Below are positions 47,633-57,626 of a stretch of 64,000 nucleotides of DNA, in pieces (the stretch's first letter is position 1; each line of letters starts with the position of its first letter). The notes under the pieces are model-generated. The model was not told the DNA's origin. It made no database searches and worked only from the letters and a program-made list of their open reading frames with translations. This DNA comes from a virus. Taxonomy: Duplodnaviria; Caudoviricetes. The position numbers and the translations under genes are program-made. The stretch is from the IMG/VR virus record IMGVR_UViG_3300037634_007329, positions 1 to 64,000 of that record, one strand, 5' to 3'.

Positions 47633-48032
47633 AGTAAAGGGTTTTAAAGAGTATTTAAACGAAAACTGTGGATGTGAAAACGAGTTAGATTCACAAGTGG
47701 AAATAAAAGACATTATAGCTAATTCAAAAAATGTTTGTGGACAATGTGGACAGGTTTCTGAGAACTGTGAATGCAAAGGATCTTGTGGAAATTGTGGAAT
47801 AGACAATGGTGGATGCGATTGTATTGATAATCAAGAAATAGAAATAGGAGACATTGTGAGAAACGTCAATGGAGATTGTCCAAATTATAAATCAACAGGT
47901 AGAGTAATAGATACTCCCGATGAAAAATCTATAATATACACTGTAACTAAACCCTCAGCCAATTCTTTCATAGGACAGTTGTTAAATAAAGGAAGAAACC
48001 AATTAACAATAGATGAAAAATATAGACTTTGA
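47622..48032 (+). CDS. Tagged Cys-rich protein with C-terminal SH3/KOW-like domain
   Basis: VKGFKEYLNE; CGC, CGQC, CECKGSCGNC, CDC; IEIGDIVRNVN. Confidence 0.55.
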   Translation: MENKVKGFKEYLNENCGCENELDSQVEIKDIIANSKNVCGQCGQVSENCECKGSCGNCGIDNGGCDCIDNQEIEIGDIVRNVNGDCPNYKSTGRVIDTPDEKSIIYTVTKPSANSFIGQLLNKGRNQLTIDEKYRL

Positions 48033-48078
48033 TACTTCTATTTTAACAAAGATATATAATTAAAAGACACTATTTACA

Positions 48079-50097
48079 ATGCCATTATTCGATAAAAGCG
48101 TTAGAGCAGGCCTAGCAATTCCACAGGGACAAACTGGATCAGGAAATGAATCTAAAAATGTATTAGGAGGAGAATCGATATTTAGCCAGAGCGAATCTGA
48201 AGATATTGGTAAAGTTATAGACGGAGCATTGGGTCATGGTGGACCAAATGTGTATGCTGTAAAATCTGTTCCATCAAGGTTTAATCCATTTAACGTATTT
48301 AGGTTTCATAAACATGGAACACAATTATCATATGACGCTAAATTTCACAAAGATTCTGAATTATTCAAAGGCGGTGGCGCAAGTACAAATCTATTTGGAA
48401 ATACAGCAAATAATTTATTTACATATTTCAAAGGAAATGCTGCACCTGACTTAACGCCAATTTCTCCATTTGATTATAAGAAAGGATCTGAATTTATACA
48501 AAACCCAACTGCACAACAAATAATGGATTGGTCTAGGACTGGAACAAGTAAAGATGACCCCTATGCACCGCCACCATATGCATATAGTGATTTTTTATGG
48601 TGTAAATATTATGGAAAGGTTCCTAATAATAGAATGGTAACTTTACGAAGATTTCCATGGCCATGTGAAGACAATATGCACATGTGGAATCAAGAAGACG
48701 TACCAGTTCCATTGGCACAAGCTGTTACCTGGTATGGAGCAAATGTAGGAAATCCTTTAAATACGCTTTTACCAATATCATGGGATATGGCTTGGAAAAA
48801 ATTAACATCAGACGTAAATGACGTAAAGGGAAATGAAATTTTGGTAGAAGATATTATTAAATCATTTACTGAAAATGACACAGCAATAACTGCAGGTAAA
48901 GTCGCAGTCGCAAGTGGAATAGGAACAAATCTAGCAACTCTTCAACTAATGGGATATGATAAACAAATGCAGGACTGGGTATCGAAATCATATAGTGACA
49001 CTGGTCCATATTGGAATAGAGTACTTGGTCCAGTAAATGTTGTAAATCAAACTAAAATGAGAGATAGAGGAATGGGAACAACTATGTTTGGTCAAAAAAT
49101 AACAGTTAATTTTGAATATTCGCTCAGGTCGTTTCAAGGAATTAATTCTAAAATAGCATTCCTAGATCTTATAACAAATTTCTTAAGTCTTACCTATAAC
49201 ACTGCTCCGTTCTGGGGAGGCGGATATAGATATTTTCCAAACCCGGGATTAAAGGCTGATTTGGGAATAGGTGGAGACTTAATAGAACACGGTCAAGTGA
49301 GCGCTGGTATACAAAAGGTTTTAAATCAGTGGGCAACTGGCGCAACTGGTGCGATGAAAAAAATGATGAATGGGCTTATAAAAGAATTTTCACAAGTTTC
49401 ATCTGGAACTGGCGGAACGGCCGGTGAGGTCGATGAGAAACATCGAATAAAAGTACAAGGCGGAGCCGGGATGATGGAGGATTATGGCGAATCGGGAGAG
49501 ATATTTGGAAATAAAATAATGGATAATTTATTAGCGGGCAAAGCTATAGCTTTACTTAGGGCACCGTTAACATATAGAACATTGTTGGAAGGAAAACCCA
49601 TAGGAGAATGGCATTTAATGATAGGGAACCCAATGAATCCAATGGCAATGATGGGAAATATGATAGTCAGCGGAGTTAAAATGACAATGGGAGAAAAACT
49701 AGGACCCGATGATTTTCCAACAGATATAAAATTCGCAGTTACATTGGAACACGGTAGACCTAGAGCTAAACAGGACATAGAATCTATATTTAATTATGGA
49801 AATGGAGCAATGTCATTTAATCAATTAAAACCACCATCGTCGGCTGGAAACACATTTGGCATAAACGCTGATCCAAAGAAAGTGGCCAAACCAGACGGTA
49901 CAGCAGAAGAAGTAGATTTGCCGGTTGATCAAAAAGCGGTTGTAGCAGAATCAGAACTAAACCCATCAGTGAATTCGATAGACGCAGGACAAGGAGTAGG
50001 AACAGATGTATATAAAGGAAGAGTAGCATACCAATATGGTAATTTTTATTCTCAATCTTCTTTAATAAAAGATTATATACAAAAAACAAAAACATAA
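48079..50097 (+). CDS. Baseplate/tail-tube initiator-like structural protein (gp48-like)
   Basis: First gene of baseplate block; C-terminal WHLMIGNP...GPDDFPTDIKFAVTL beta-rich segment. Confidence 0.45.
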   Translation: MPLFDKSVRAGLAIPQGQTGSGNESKNVLGGESIFSQSESEDIGKVIDGALGHGGPNVYAVKSVPSRFNPFNVFRFHKHGTQLSYDAKFHKDSELFKGGGASTNLFGNTANNLFTYFKGNAAPDLTPISPFDYKKGSEFIQNPTAQQIMDWSRTGTSKDDPYAPPPYAYSDFLWCKYYGKVPNNRMVTLRRFPWPCEDNMHMWNQEDVPVPLAQAVTWYGANVGNPLNTLLPISWDMAWKKLTSDVNDVKGNEILVEDIIKSFTENDTAITAGKVAVASGIGTNLATLQLMGYDKQMQDWVSKSYSDTGPYWNRVLGPVNVVNQTKMRDRGMGTTMFGQKITVNFEYSLRSFQGINSKIAFLDLITNFLSLTYNTAPFWGGGYRYFPNPGLKADLGIGGDLIEHGQVSAGIQKVLNQWATGATGAMKKMMNGLIKEFSQVSSGTGGTAGEVDEKHRIKVQGGAGMMEDYGESGEIFGNKIMDNLLAGKAIALLRAPLTYRTLLEGKPIGEWHLMIGNPMNPMAMMGNMIVSGVKMTMGEKLGPDDFPTDIKFAVTLEHGRPRAKQDIESIFNYGNGAMSFNQLKPPSSAGNTFGINADPKKVAKPDGTAEEVDLPVDQKAVVAESELNPSVNSIDAGQGVGTDVYKGRVAYQYGNFYSQSSLIKDYIQKTKT

Positions 50098-50098
50098 T

Positions 50099-50701
50099 AT
50101 GCTAAAAATAGGAATATTATATAAAAAATATTTTTCTAAAGATAGAAATAAAGAAAACATTGTTGATTTAACCAGGACGTCTATAAATGCCACAGTGCTT
50201 GCAAATACCGCTGCTATAAACACATATATGGTTAAACAAGAACACCAAATGAGAGCAGATTTGGTTGCAAAGACGCTATATGGTGATCAAAACAAAGCAG
50301 ATTTATTAATGAAATATAATGCTATCTCTAACCCATTCTCAATAGCAGAGGGAGATATATTGTTTATACCAACTATGGAAAACCTCGATTCATTAGTAAA
50401 AATGCCGGTTCCTATTGAAGACATAGGCGATACTTCTGGGATAGTAGACGAAAGCGAAGTCTTCACAAACCCAAAGGACAATAAAGATAAAGAAAGATTA
50501 AAGCAGCTTAAAGAAAAAAATAAAGGAAAAGATATTTTACCAAGTAACCTAAATAAAAAAGGTAATAAGAATATAAAAATCAAAAATGGTAAAGTTGTTT
50601 TCGGAGAAGACGTAACTTCTGTTAATAAAAAAGATTGTCCTGAACCAATATCTAGAGCTAATCTAAAAAAGGCTTTAATTAAAAACAATTTATTTGGATA
50701 A
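50099..50701 (+). CDS. Baseplate wedge protein gp53-like (LysM-like)
   Basis: RADLVAKTLYGD...LMKYNAISNPFSIAEGDILFIP. Confidence 0.75.
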   Translation: MLKIGILYKKYFSKDRNKENIVDLTRTSINATVLANTAAINTYMVKQEHQMRADLVAKTLYGDQNKADLLMKYNAISNPFSIAEGDILFIPTMENLDSLVKMPVPIEDIGDTSGIVDESEVFTNPKDNKDKERLKQLKEKNKGKDILPSNLNKKGNKNIKIKNGKVVFGEDVTSVNKKDCPEPISRANLKKALIKNNLFG

Positions 50702-52176
50702 TGGCATTTAAGCACGTTTTAAAATCTATATTGGAACCAAAAATTCCCTTAGTTGAAATAGCTAGGTTCGCTGGAACAAAAGAAGCTAAAGAAAAAGCGG
50801 GTAAGGCATTTGACATATTGCCTAAAAAATATGAAACTAACCAAAAAGAAGAAACCGGTGTTATACCGTATATTCAAATAAACGATTATCCTGTTCCACC
50901 ATTGAGTGTAGAGGAATTAACGTTAAATGAAACTGGTTTCATACCAACAATAACGGTTTTAATAAACGACAGTGGTAAATCATTATCGCCTGTACAGTTT
51001 CCTAAGAGAAACATGATATTGAGTCTATATATAAAGGCGCCTCATGAAAAACTAAAGCCTATACGAAATGATTTTATTATAACAAGCATACGTGGAAGTG
51101 AAACTTTATTAATTAAAGGAGAACTTTTTATACCTAAAATGTATATGAATACGTCTAAGAGTTACCTTAACATGAATTCTAAAGATACATTATATGAAAC
51201 GTGTAATGAAGTACAATTGGGATTTCAGTCTAATGAAGTTGGACCCAATGATTCTATGAATTGGATAAATCCAAATTGGAGTTCAAACGATTTTATGAAA
51301 CATGTAATATCGCATTCTTACCAAAACGATGATAGTTTTTTTGATGGATTTATAGATAAGTATTATCATTTTAATTATATAGACGTAAACCTACAATTAG
51401 AACAAGATGGAGAATATGATAAAACAGTATACGCAGGATCTGAAGATTTAAACATATCTGAAGAAGTGCAAAACGATGCATCTAAGTCACTTGATCCAAT
51501 CGATGCAGGATTAGTCGAACACCCATTAATTAGTGAATATTATGGAAAAATAATTAGAAAAAATCTAATTTCAAATCAAGGAGACATTTTAATACACGAT
51601 GGTTATAAAAAAAGAATATATTATTACGATAGTGAACTTGATGAAAACGATCCAATGGATAAATTAATTAGTTTTTACGTATCTCCTATTTTTTCAAATA
51701 ACATACCAGATGGAACAAAAAATTTAATACCCCTTAATGAAGAATTAAAAAATACTGAAATAAAAAAATGGATAAACATACAGTATGATAATACACATTC
51801 TCAATGGAATGCATCAAAGCTAATAAATTATCACAATACCGAGGAGTTAGATAAAATAAAACTGCACGCAACAGTTAAAGGTTTTAATTTTAATATAGGA
51901 AGAGGTCAGCGTGTTCCGGTTGGAATATACCAAACCGCAGGAGAAGATAGAATGGAATCCTTTTATAATAAACCATCAATAGAAGCTAACACCGACCCTG
52001 GCGTAACCAATGTGGTTTTTGATAAATATATATCTGGAGTATATTATGTGAGTGGAAACATATATAGATATACAGCAGAGGGTGGAATAGAAACAGAACA
52101 TATTTTATCTAAGAGAAATTGGAAAAAAAATCCAGTGTCTCCTGATGCAAATCAAAACACAAACATTGGAAATTAA
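50701..52176 (+). CDS. Baseplate hub protein (gp27/GpD-like)
   Basis: Between gp53-like and gp5-like genes; FIDKYYHFNYIDVN; GFNFNIGRGQRV...ISGVYYV...LSKRNW. Confidence 0.55.
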   Translation: MAFKHVLKSILEPKIPLVEIARFAGTKEAKEKAGKAFDILPKKYETNQKEETGVIPYIQINDYPVPPLSVEELTLNETGFIPTITVLINDSGKSLSPVQFPKRNMILSLYIKAPHEKLKPIRNDFIITSIRGSETLLIKGELFIPKMYMNTSKSYLNMNSKDTLYETCNEVQLGFQSNEVGPNDSMNWINPNWSSNDFMKHVISHSYQNDDSFFDGFIDKYYHFNYIDVNLQLEQDGEYDKTVYAGSEDLNISEEVQNDASKSLDPIDAGLVEHPLISEYYGKIIRKNLISNQGDILIHDGYKKRIYYYDSELDENDPMDKLISFYVSPIFSNNIPDGTKNLIPLNEELKNTEIKKWINIQYDNTHSQWNASKLINYHNTEELDKIKLHATVKGFNFNIGRGQRVPVGIYQTAGEDRMESFYNKPSIEANTDPGVTNVVFDKYISGVYYVSGNIYRYTAEGGIETEHILSKRNWKKNPVSPDANQNTNIGN

Positions 52177-52193
52177 AAATAATAATGAAATAG

Positions 52194-53396
52194 ATGCCAA
52201 CTAATTTTTTTAACATAGACAGATTAACAAATGACTTTAGAAAGGGCATAACTAGGGATTCATACGATGAGCCCACATACTTAACTTTTTCTTTAGATTT
52301 TGACTTAGATAAACCATTGATAAATTCAAGTAATTTTTTAAATTCAAGTCCACTTTTTAATAGAGACCAGGAAAGCAATCAAAGCGCTATAAATTATTTA
52401 CAAAATAGAGGATTTCCAGACAAAGCAAATAACTTAGCAATTTTTTTAAATCTGTTACGTCACCTAAGAGACAATGCACCTTGGTATTTTCAATCAATAA
52501 GCGGATTAGATGACATGTGGAAAAGAGGAACAGATACCGATGGTGGTGGATTTAAAGCAAATGACTTAGTTTTAACCATAGATACGTTAGAAGCTGTAGA
52601 TTTAAGAATAACTGAACTTGCAGATTTATATAGAAATACAATATATGATAAGGAGTTCATGAGAGAAATTGTACCAGATAACCTTAGGTGGTTCTCCATG
52701 GATATATGGGTAGCTGAATGGAGAAACCTAAGAAACACTCTTCCACCTCTATTAAGTATATCATCTGACGTTAACGTTGGATTAGGAACACTTGGAGGAG
52801 TAATGAACAGTGTACAAACAATAGGACAAGCACTTGGAGTGGACAGTGGAGTAACAGGTAGCATTCTACAAAACTTTGGATATGTAAAATTTAAATGTAG
52901 ACAATGTGAATTTGATTTTTCAAATTCTTTTGGAGGAGGAAGCTCGCTTTCAGTAGGAGACGGTGGCGGTACCATGGCAAAAAATGGATTTGCTATAAAA
53001 ATTGGATGGTTTGAAGAAGAAAACAAATATGCATCTGGAACAGAAACAATAGATAATTTTAAAAGAGCCACTACCACTAAAAGTAACTGGAGTAAGAATA
53101 GCTCACTGGGAGACTCTTTAAATAGTATCGGACAGGCATTAGATAATACTGGATCTTTTCTTTCAGGATTACCAGTTGTTGGAAACAAAGCAAGCAGTCT
53201 AATGGGAAAAGCAGCTAGTCAGGTACAATCTGTTTTAAATACACCTAATAAATTAATAACACAGGCAGCATCTGAATTACAACAAATCGTTGAAATGGGA
53301 AATTTAGGAGAAGTATCTAATTTTGGATATTTATCCAACGATGATAAAGTTCCACCAAGCACTGCCACGCCTAAAGGGACTGGAAAGAGTTTATAA
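52194..53396 (+). CDS. Tail-tube-like / baseplate-tube junction protein
   Basis: Position in baseplate block; DEPTYLTF, WYFQSISGL, DLRITELADLYR. Confidence 0.4.
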   Translation: MPTNFFNIDRLTNDFRKGITRDSYDEPTYLTFSLDFDLDKPLINSSNFLNSSPLFNRDQESNQSAINYLQNRGFPDKANNLAIFLNLLRHLRDNAPWYFQSISGLDDMWKRGTDTDGGGFKANDLVLTIDTLEAVDLRITELADLYRNTIYDKEFMREIVPDNLRWFSMDIWVAEWRNLRNTLPPLLSISSDVNVGLGTLGGVMNSVQTIGQALGVDSGVTGSILQNFGYVKFKCRQCEFDFSNSFGGGSSLSVGDGGGTMAKNGFAIKIGWFEEENKYASGTETIDNFKRATTTKSNWSKNSSLGDSLNSIGQALDNTGSFLSGLPVVGNKASSLMGKAASQVQSVLNTPNKLITQAASELQQIVEMGNLGEVSNFGYLSNDDKVPPSTATPKGTGKSL

Positions 53397-53428
53397 AACC
53401 TTTTATAAAAAGATTATAAAATATTAAT

Positions 53429-54226
53429 ATGATAAATGAAAACCATTATATAGAAAACAGATCAGAAGACTTAATAGATAAGGCGTTTTTAGGAACAGTA
53501 GAAGATGCAAATGATCCTAAGAAAGAAGGAAGGTGCAGAATAAGAATATTTGGAATACATGGAGAATCTCTTCCATTGGAAGCGCTTCCTTGGGCATATC
53601 CTAAACAAAAAAGCTTATATTTTGGACAAGATGGAAAAGCGGCTGCTATTTCAATACCAAAGGAAGGATCTGTGGTAACTGTAAAATTTGATAATGGAAA
53701 CATTTATTCACCAGAATATTATTCAGTTCAAGAATTAGCAGATGATATAAAAGAAGAATTACAAAAAGAAGGAGAATATCACGGTTCACATTTTCTTCTA
53801 TTCGACGGAGACGAAGAACTAAAAATATGGTTCACTAGGGAAAAGGGAATATCTATGCAATTAAAGGGATCTAGGGTAAACATTGGACAGGACAAAGTAA
53901 TAACTATAGAACATAATGAAACTCAATCTATAATTGAACTAAAGGGATCTGAGATTAACATAACAGCTGATAGTAAAATAACAGCCACTTCACAAAGCAG
54001 TATTGAATTAAATTCAAACAGTATATGGGTCAATGGAAACTCAGTAAGAGTTGGACCCAATGCTATAAAAGGAGCTGCTGTGATGGGAGATCAGCTATCT
54101 CTAGTTTTAACTGCTCTCGCAACGGCAGTTGATGCTAAATTTCCTCCAACGCCTGGAGCAACCACTGGAACAGTTGAAAGCATGAAACCAACGTACTTAT
54201 CAAAAACAGTAACTATATCAAGTTAA
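53429..54226 (+). CDS. Baseplate central spike, gp5/gpV-like (OB fold + beta-helix, no lysozyme)
   Basis: GTVEDANDPKKEGRCRIRIFGIH, LPWAYP, IPKEGSVVTVKFDNGN; repetitive beta-strand C-terminus. Confidence 0.85.
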   Translation: MINENHYIENRSEDLIDKAFLGTVEDANDPKKEGRCRIRIFGIHGESLPLEALPWAYPKQKSLYFGQDGKAAAISIPKEGSVVTVKFDNGNIYSPEYYSVQELADDIKEELQKEGEYHGSHFLLFDGDEELKIWFTREKGISMQLKGSRVNIGQDKVITIEHNETQSIIELKGSEINITADSKITATSQSSIELNSNSIWVNGNSVRVGPNAIKGAAVMGDQLSLVLTALATAVDAKFPPTPGATTGTVESMKPTYLSKTVTISS

Positions 54227-54840
54227 GAATATAGGTTTCCAATAGATTCATACCTAAAAAGTTTATTTAATCTAGAACCTGGAGTTACTGAAATTATATT
54301 AAATCCTTTTTTCTTAAGCATCTCAAAATTTCTATACATTCTATTAAACCTCGGTTCATACCAAGAGCGATTTCCGTTATTGCCTATTCCATTTTTCCTA
54401 TGAGTTTTCCAAAAGTGACTAGGATTAGACCATTTTAATGAAACACCCGCTACGTAATAGGTAACTGGTCTACGCTTAGATAAAATATACCTATCCATTA
54501 TTTCTATAGATGTACTTACACAATCTACAAATTTATGACGATCGGGACGATGATATAGCTTTGCGTAATTAGGAAACTGTACTTTGCTTTTTCTACAATT
54601 TATCTTTAACCAATCGCTTGTTATTATATTGGTATTTTTTTTTAAATCTATAAAAGATTCTTCATTATTCTCTATTTCTTTAAATATTTTAACATCATGA
54701 AAAAATAAAAAATCGGGTGTTAATTTTAACCATATCCTATTTGTTCCAAGGGTTATTACTTCATCATTTATTTTTGAAAAGTCTATTTCATTAACAGTGG
54801 GATCATTACCTATAACTAATATTTTATTATTGTTTTTCAT
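54223..54840 (-). CDS. Glycosyltransferase-like protein (GT29/GT42/Maf-like Rossmann)
   Basis: ILVIGNDPT, TLGTNRIW, PDFLFFHD, YVAGVS. Confidence 0.5.
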   Translation of the reverse strand: MKNNNKILVIGNDPTVNEIDFSKINDEVITLGTNRIWLKLTPDFLFFHDVKIFKEIENNEESFIDLKKNTNIITSDWLKINCRKSKVQFPNYAKLYHRPDRHKFVDCVSTSIEIMDRYILSKRRPVTYYVAGVSLKWSNPSHFWKTHRKNGIGNNGNRSWYEPRFNRMYRNFEMLKKKGFNIISVTPGSRLNKLFRYESIGNLYS

Positions 54841-55132
54841 TTAACCAATCTATTGAATTCATATTTTTATCATCTATGAAAATATCATATATTGGTTTTC
54901 CAAATTTTAATTCATGATATTTTACTCCCCACACAACTAATTGAGATTCTGTTATTTCTCTCCAATCTATGCCAGAACCAGTGCCTCTGGCCGTCCAGAA
55001 GATCACCGTGTGACCATCTTCATATAACCTATTTACCTTATCTATGGCTTTTTTAATTGGACGAGCTTTATTGTAATCCAGAGTGTTTGGAGTTCTACAT
55101 ATGGTATCATCTATGTCTATATAATAAATCAT
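54827..55132 (-). CDS. HAD-family phosphatase (capsule-biosynthesis type)
   Basis: YYIDIDDTIC, WTARG, GKP.YD.FIDDK. Confidence 0.85.
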   Translation of the reverse strand: MIYYIDIDDTICRTPNTLDYNKARPIKKAIDKVNRLYEDGHTVIFWTARGTGSGIDWREITESQLVVWGVKYHELKFGKPIYDIFIDDKNMNSIDWLNEKQ

Positions 55133-55782
55133 AATTCTAATGTTTTTAAGATATGAGCATCCACCTTAATAGATTCAGATGATATTAATCTTTTTAAATA
55201 TTTATTTTGAATACTTTGATTATGTGAACGTACCCTCGTCTTATTCAACTTAAGGGGATCGCTATTTTTAGGTAAATAATCATCGAGGTAATGAGTATTG
55301 ATGTCTTCTTCGGAATAAAGAGACATTCCAGTTACATAAATAGATTTTGGATTAAACAAACAGCACATTTCATATATTATATAATTTCCCAACAATGGGA
55401 AAGTTCCAACTTCTTTTCTAGTTTTTAAATATTCTTCTTTAAAAACCCTAATGCTAAGGTTTAAATTTTTATATCTATAATAAAGATTTTTTCTATCTTC
55501 TTTCATATTTAAATACGACAGGCCATTGTCAATATATTCATTTATTGGAATACGAACTTCTCTAGCAAATAAAGAGTTTACATATAAAGAATCGCACCTT
55601 TTACCATAATCCAATTGATATTTTTTAAGAACTGGAAAAGATCCACCTGTTCGTATAACTATATCGTGTGAATCTATAAATTCACCCATTCCACTGCCAA
55701 CTAAAGTAGTAGCCGGTCCCACTATAATTACATTTTTATTTTTAATATAATTTTTATATTTAATGTCACTAGGTTGGATCAT
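55129..55782 (-). CDS. Sialyltransferase-like protein (GT29 sialylmotif-L-like)
   Basis: VIIVGPATTLVGSGMGEFIDSHDIVIR...DYGKRCD; IYVTGMSLY...HY. Confidence 0.65.
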   Translation of the reverse strand: MIQPSDIKYKNYIKNKNVIIVGPATTLVGSGMGEFIDSHDIVIRTGGSFPVLKKYQLDYGKRCDSLYVNSLFAREVRIPINEYIDNGLSYLNMKEDRKNLYYRYKNLNLSIRVFKEEYLKTRKEVGTFPLLGNYIIYEMCCLFNPKSIYVTGMSLYSEEDINTHYLDDYLPKNSDPLKLNKTRVRSHNQSIQNKYLKRLISSESIKVDAHILKTLEL

Positions 55783-56083
55783 ATAAAATATATTTTAAGG
55801 TTAATTCTTCTCCTTTTTTTATATCACGCTTTGTTATTAAATAAAGATCTCCTATTTTATATAAAATATCACAATTTGGTTTTTCAGAATAATTAATGAA
55901 TCCTCCCAATGGAGTTCTTATATAATTATCTTCATAGTCTACGTGAAAAACGTGAGATATACCTAAATTAGTTTCCATTTTAATATCACATTTTGCAAAA
56001 AGACCCAATCCCTCTATTGTGGAATTTTCTATGGTTAAGCAATCTGGAAGCGGTCTATAGAATTTTGAATGATCTATATTCAT
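55769..56083 (-). CDS. SET-domain methyltransferase
   Basis: SPIEG-like STIEGLGLFA, GGFINYSEKPNC, RDIKKGEELTLKY. Confidence 0.85.
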   Translation of the reverse strand: MNIDHSKFYRPLPDCLTIENSTIEGLGLFAKCDIKMETNLGISHVFHVDYEDNYIRTPLGGFINYSEKPNCDILYKIGDLYLITKRDIKKGEELTLKYILYDPT

Positions 56084-56952
56084 TTTCTTAAGCTTTTCAT
56101 TTTTTCTAATTCTGAACCAAGTATTTCTCTTTTTCCATATCCGCCTCTTGCTGTTTCAATATCTCTTATTGATTTAACTAATTTTATTAAACCCTGTGGT
56201 TCAACCGATGCGATTTGATCTGATCCCCACATAGATCTATCTAACGTTATGTGCCGCTCAATCCACTTTGCTCCTAACAAAGTAGCTGCAACCGTTGTGG
56301 TTAAACCAAATTCGTGACCAGAATAACCTATTTCACATCCAATTTTATTATATTTATGATATAGCCATGTAATATAATCCAAATTTAACTGGTTTATTGG
56401 GCATGGATATGTTGAATTAGTGTGCATAATTATATCCGGTTTACATGACGTAACGCACATGTCTATTTGATTTTCATTGCTCATGCCAGTTGATATTATT
56501 AAACTATCACAATTTCTTCTAGCATATTTACATAACTCAATATCTGTTATAAGTGCAGATGGTATTTTCATAACAACTGATCGCATGTGATATTTATTTT
56601 CAGGAGGAAAATTAGTATCATATTTTTTCATAAAATCAACAGAGTCTTTATCCCAAACGGAGCAAAACCAACCTATGTTTTTTTCTTTACAATAAGAAGA
56701 TATTTCATTAAACTCTATTTCTTGGAATTCTATTCTTTTTTTATATTCTAGATATGTCATATTTCCCCATGGAGTAGACTTAATGATATTTTTTTGAGAA
56801 TCCGGAACGCATAAATCGGGGTTTCTTTTTTGAAATTTTACATAATCACACCCTGCAACCGATGCTACGTCTATTAATTTCTTAGCTATGTCAATATCAC
56901 CATTGTGATTTATTCCTATTTCAGCTATTATTTTAGTTTTTTCTATTTCCAT
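56080..56952 (-). CDS. neuB: N-acetylneuraminate / nonulosonic acid synthase (NeuB family, no C-terminal SAF domain)
   Basis: IIAEIGINHNGD, VKFQKR, KIPS, ISTGMS, STYP, GYSGHE, IERHITLDR...GSDQ; likely start ATG 56952. Confidence 0.93.
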   Translation of the reverse strand: MEIEKTKIIAEIGINHNGDIDIAKKLIDVASVAGCDYVKFQKRNPDLCVPDSQKNIIKSTPWGNMTYLEYKKRIEFQEIEFNEISSYCKEKNIGWFCSVWDKDSVDFMKKYDTNFPPENKYHMRSVVMKIPSALITDIELCKYARRNCDSLIISTGMSNENQIDMCVTSCKPDIIMHTNSTYPCPINQLNLDYITWLYHKYNKIGCEIGYSGHEFGLTTTVAATLLGAKWIERHITLDRSMWGSDQIASVEPQGLIKLVKSIRDIETARGGYGKREILGSELEKMKSLRK

Positions 56953-57626
56953 GATACCCAAGGAGACCATTTATTATTATTATTAGTTTTACTGGTTTTA
57001 GCATAATCTCTTTTTAAACCATTTTTTTGTAACCATACCCTTCCAATATCCCTAGAATATTCAATATTTTTATTTAAATAAAGACTATTGTATTTTTTTA
57101 AGCCATTTGTATTTTTTCTATAAATATATTTAAATTGAGCTTCAGGATTCCTTGATGTGTCCAATAAATTAAGGTATTTTTTCATTATTTCAGTAGAAAA
57201 AACACTTGGCACAAACGCAGGCTCTCCAAATTCTCTTTTAAGGGTAACTTTTTTATTTTTATTTAAAATACACTGTAATGTATTTTCATTAAATTTATTC
57301 AGAACGTCTTTAATATTTACATCTTTTAACAATATCCAATCGTCTTCTAAATTAAAAAAATATTTAGTATCGACCTTGCTGAAACACCATATAACAGCAT
57401 TTGCAAAATTAGCAGTATTTGAAAAATTACATATGACGTTACCAAAATAACTCTCTGCTATTTCCTTAACTAAACCTATATTATTACTATTTGGAGCGGG
57501 ATCAATATTAATATATAAAGTGGATTTATTAAAATCGATACCTTTAAGTTTATTACAATATGATTCATATGTTCTTTTTAGAACACTTGGCCTATTGCAC
57601 GCAGTTGTAGTGAATGTCATTTCCAT
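56943..57626 (-). CDS. Glycosyltransferase-like (GT-A)
   Basis: TTTACNRP..L..T; YFFNLEDDW. Confidence 0.7.
   Translation of the reverse strand: MEMTFTTTACNRPSVLKRTYESYCNKLKGIDFNKSTLYINIDPAPNSNNIGLVKEIAESYFGNVICNFSNTANFANAVIWCFSKVDTKYFFNLEDDWILLKDVNIKDVLNKFNENTLQCILNKNKKVTLKREFGEPAFVPSVFSTEIMKKYLNLLDTSRNPEAQFKYIYRKNTNGLKKYNSLYLNKNIEYSRDIGRVWLQKNGLKRDYAKTSKTNNNNKWSPWVSWK

Noticed and set aside
53391-53418. TTATAAAA/TTTTATAA palindromes as a terminator or operator
   Set aside because: Almost pure A/T, expected by chance, with no GC stem, and located within a co-directional operon.
1220-57450. Many antisense ORFs in the track (e.g. 1220..1921-, 3869..4228+, 12103..12585+, 16293..17015+, 17268..17960-, 34954..35406+, 52490..53188-)
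   Set aside because: They lie wholly opposite well-supported genes and have the Ser/Phe/Leu/Ile-rich composition typical of shadow frames in AT-rich DNA.
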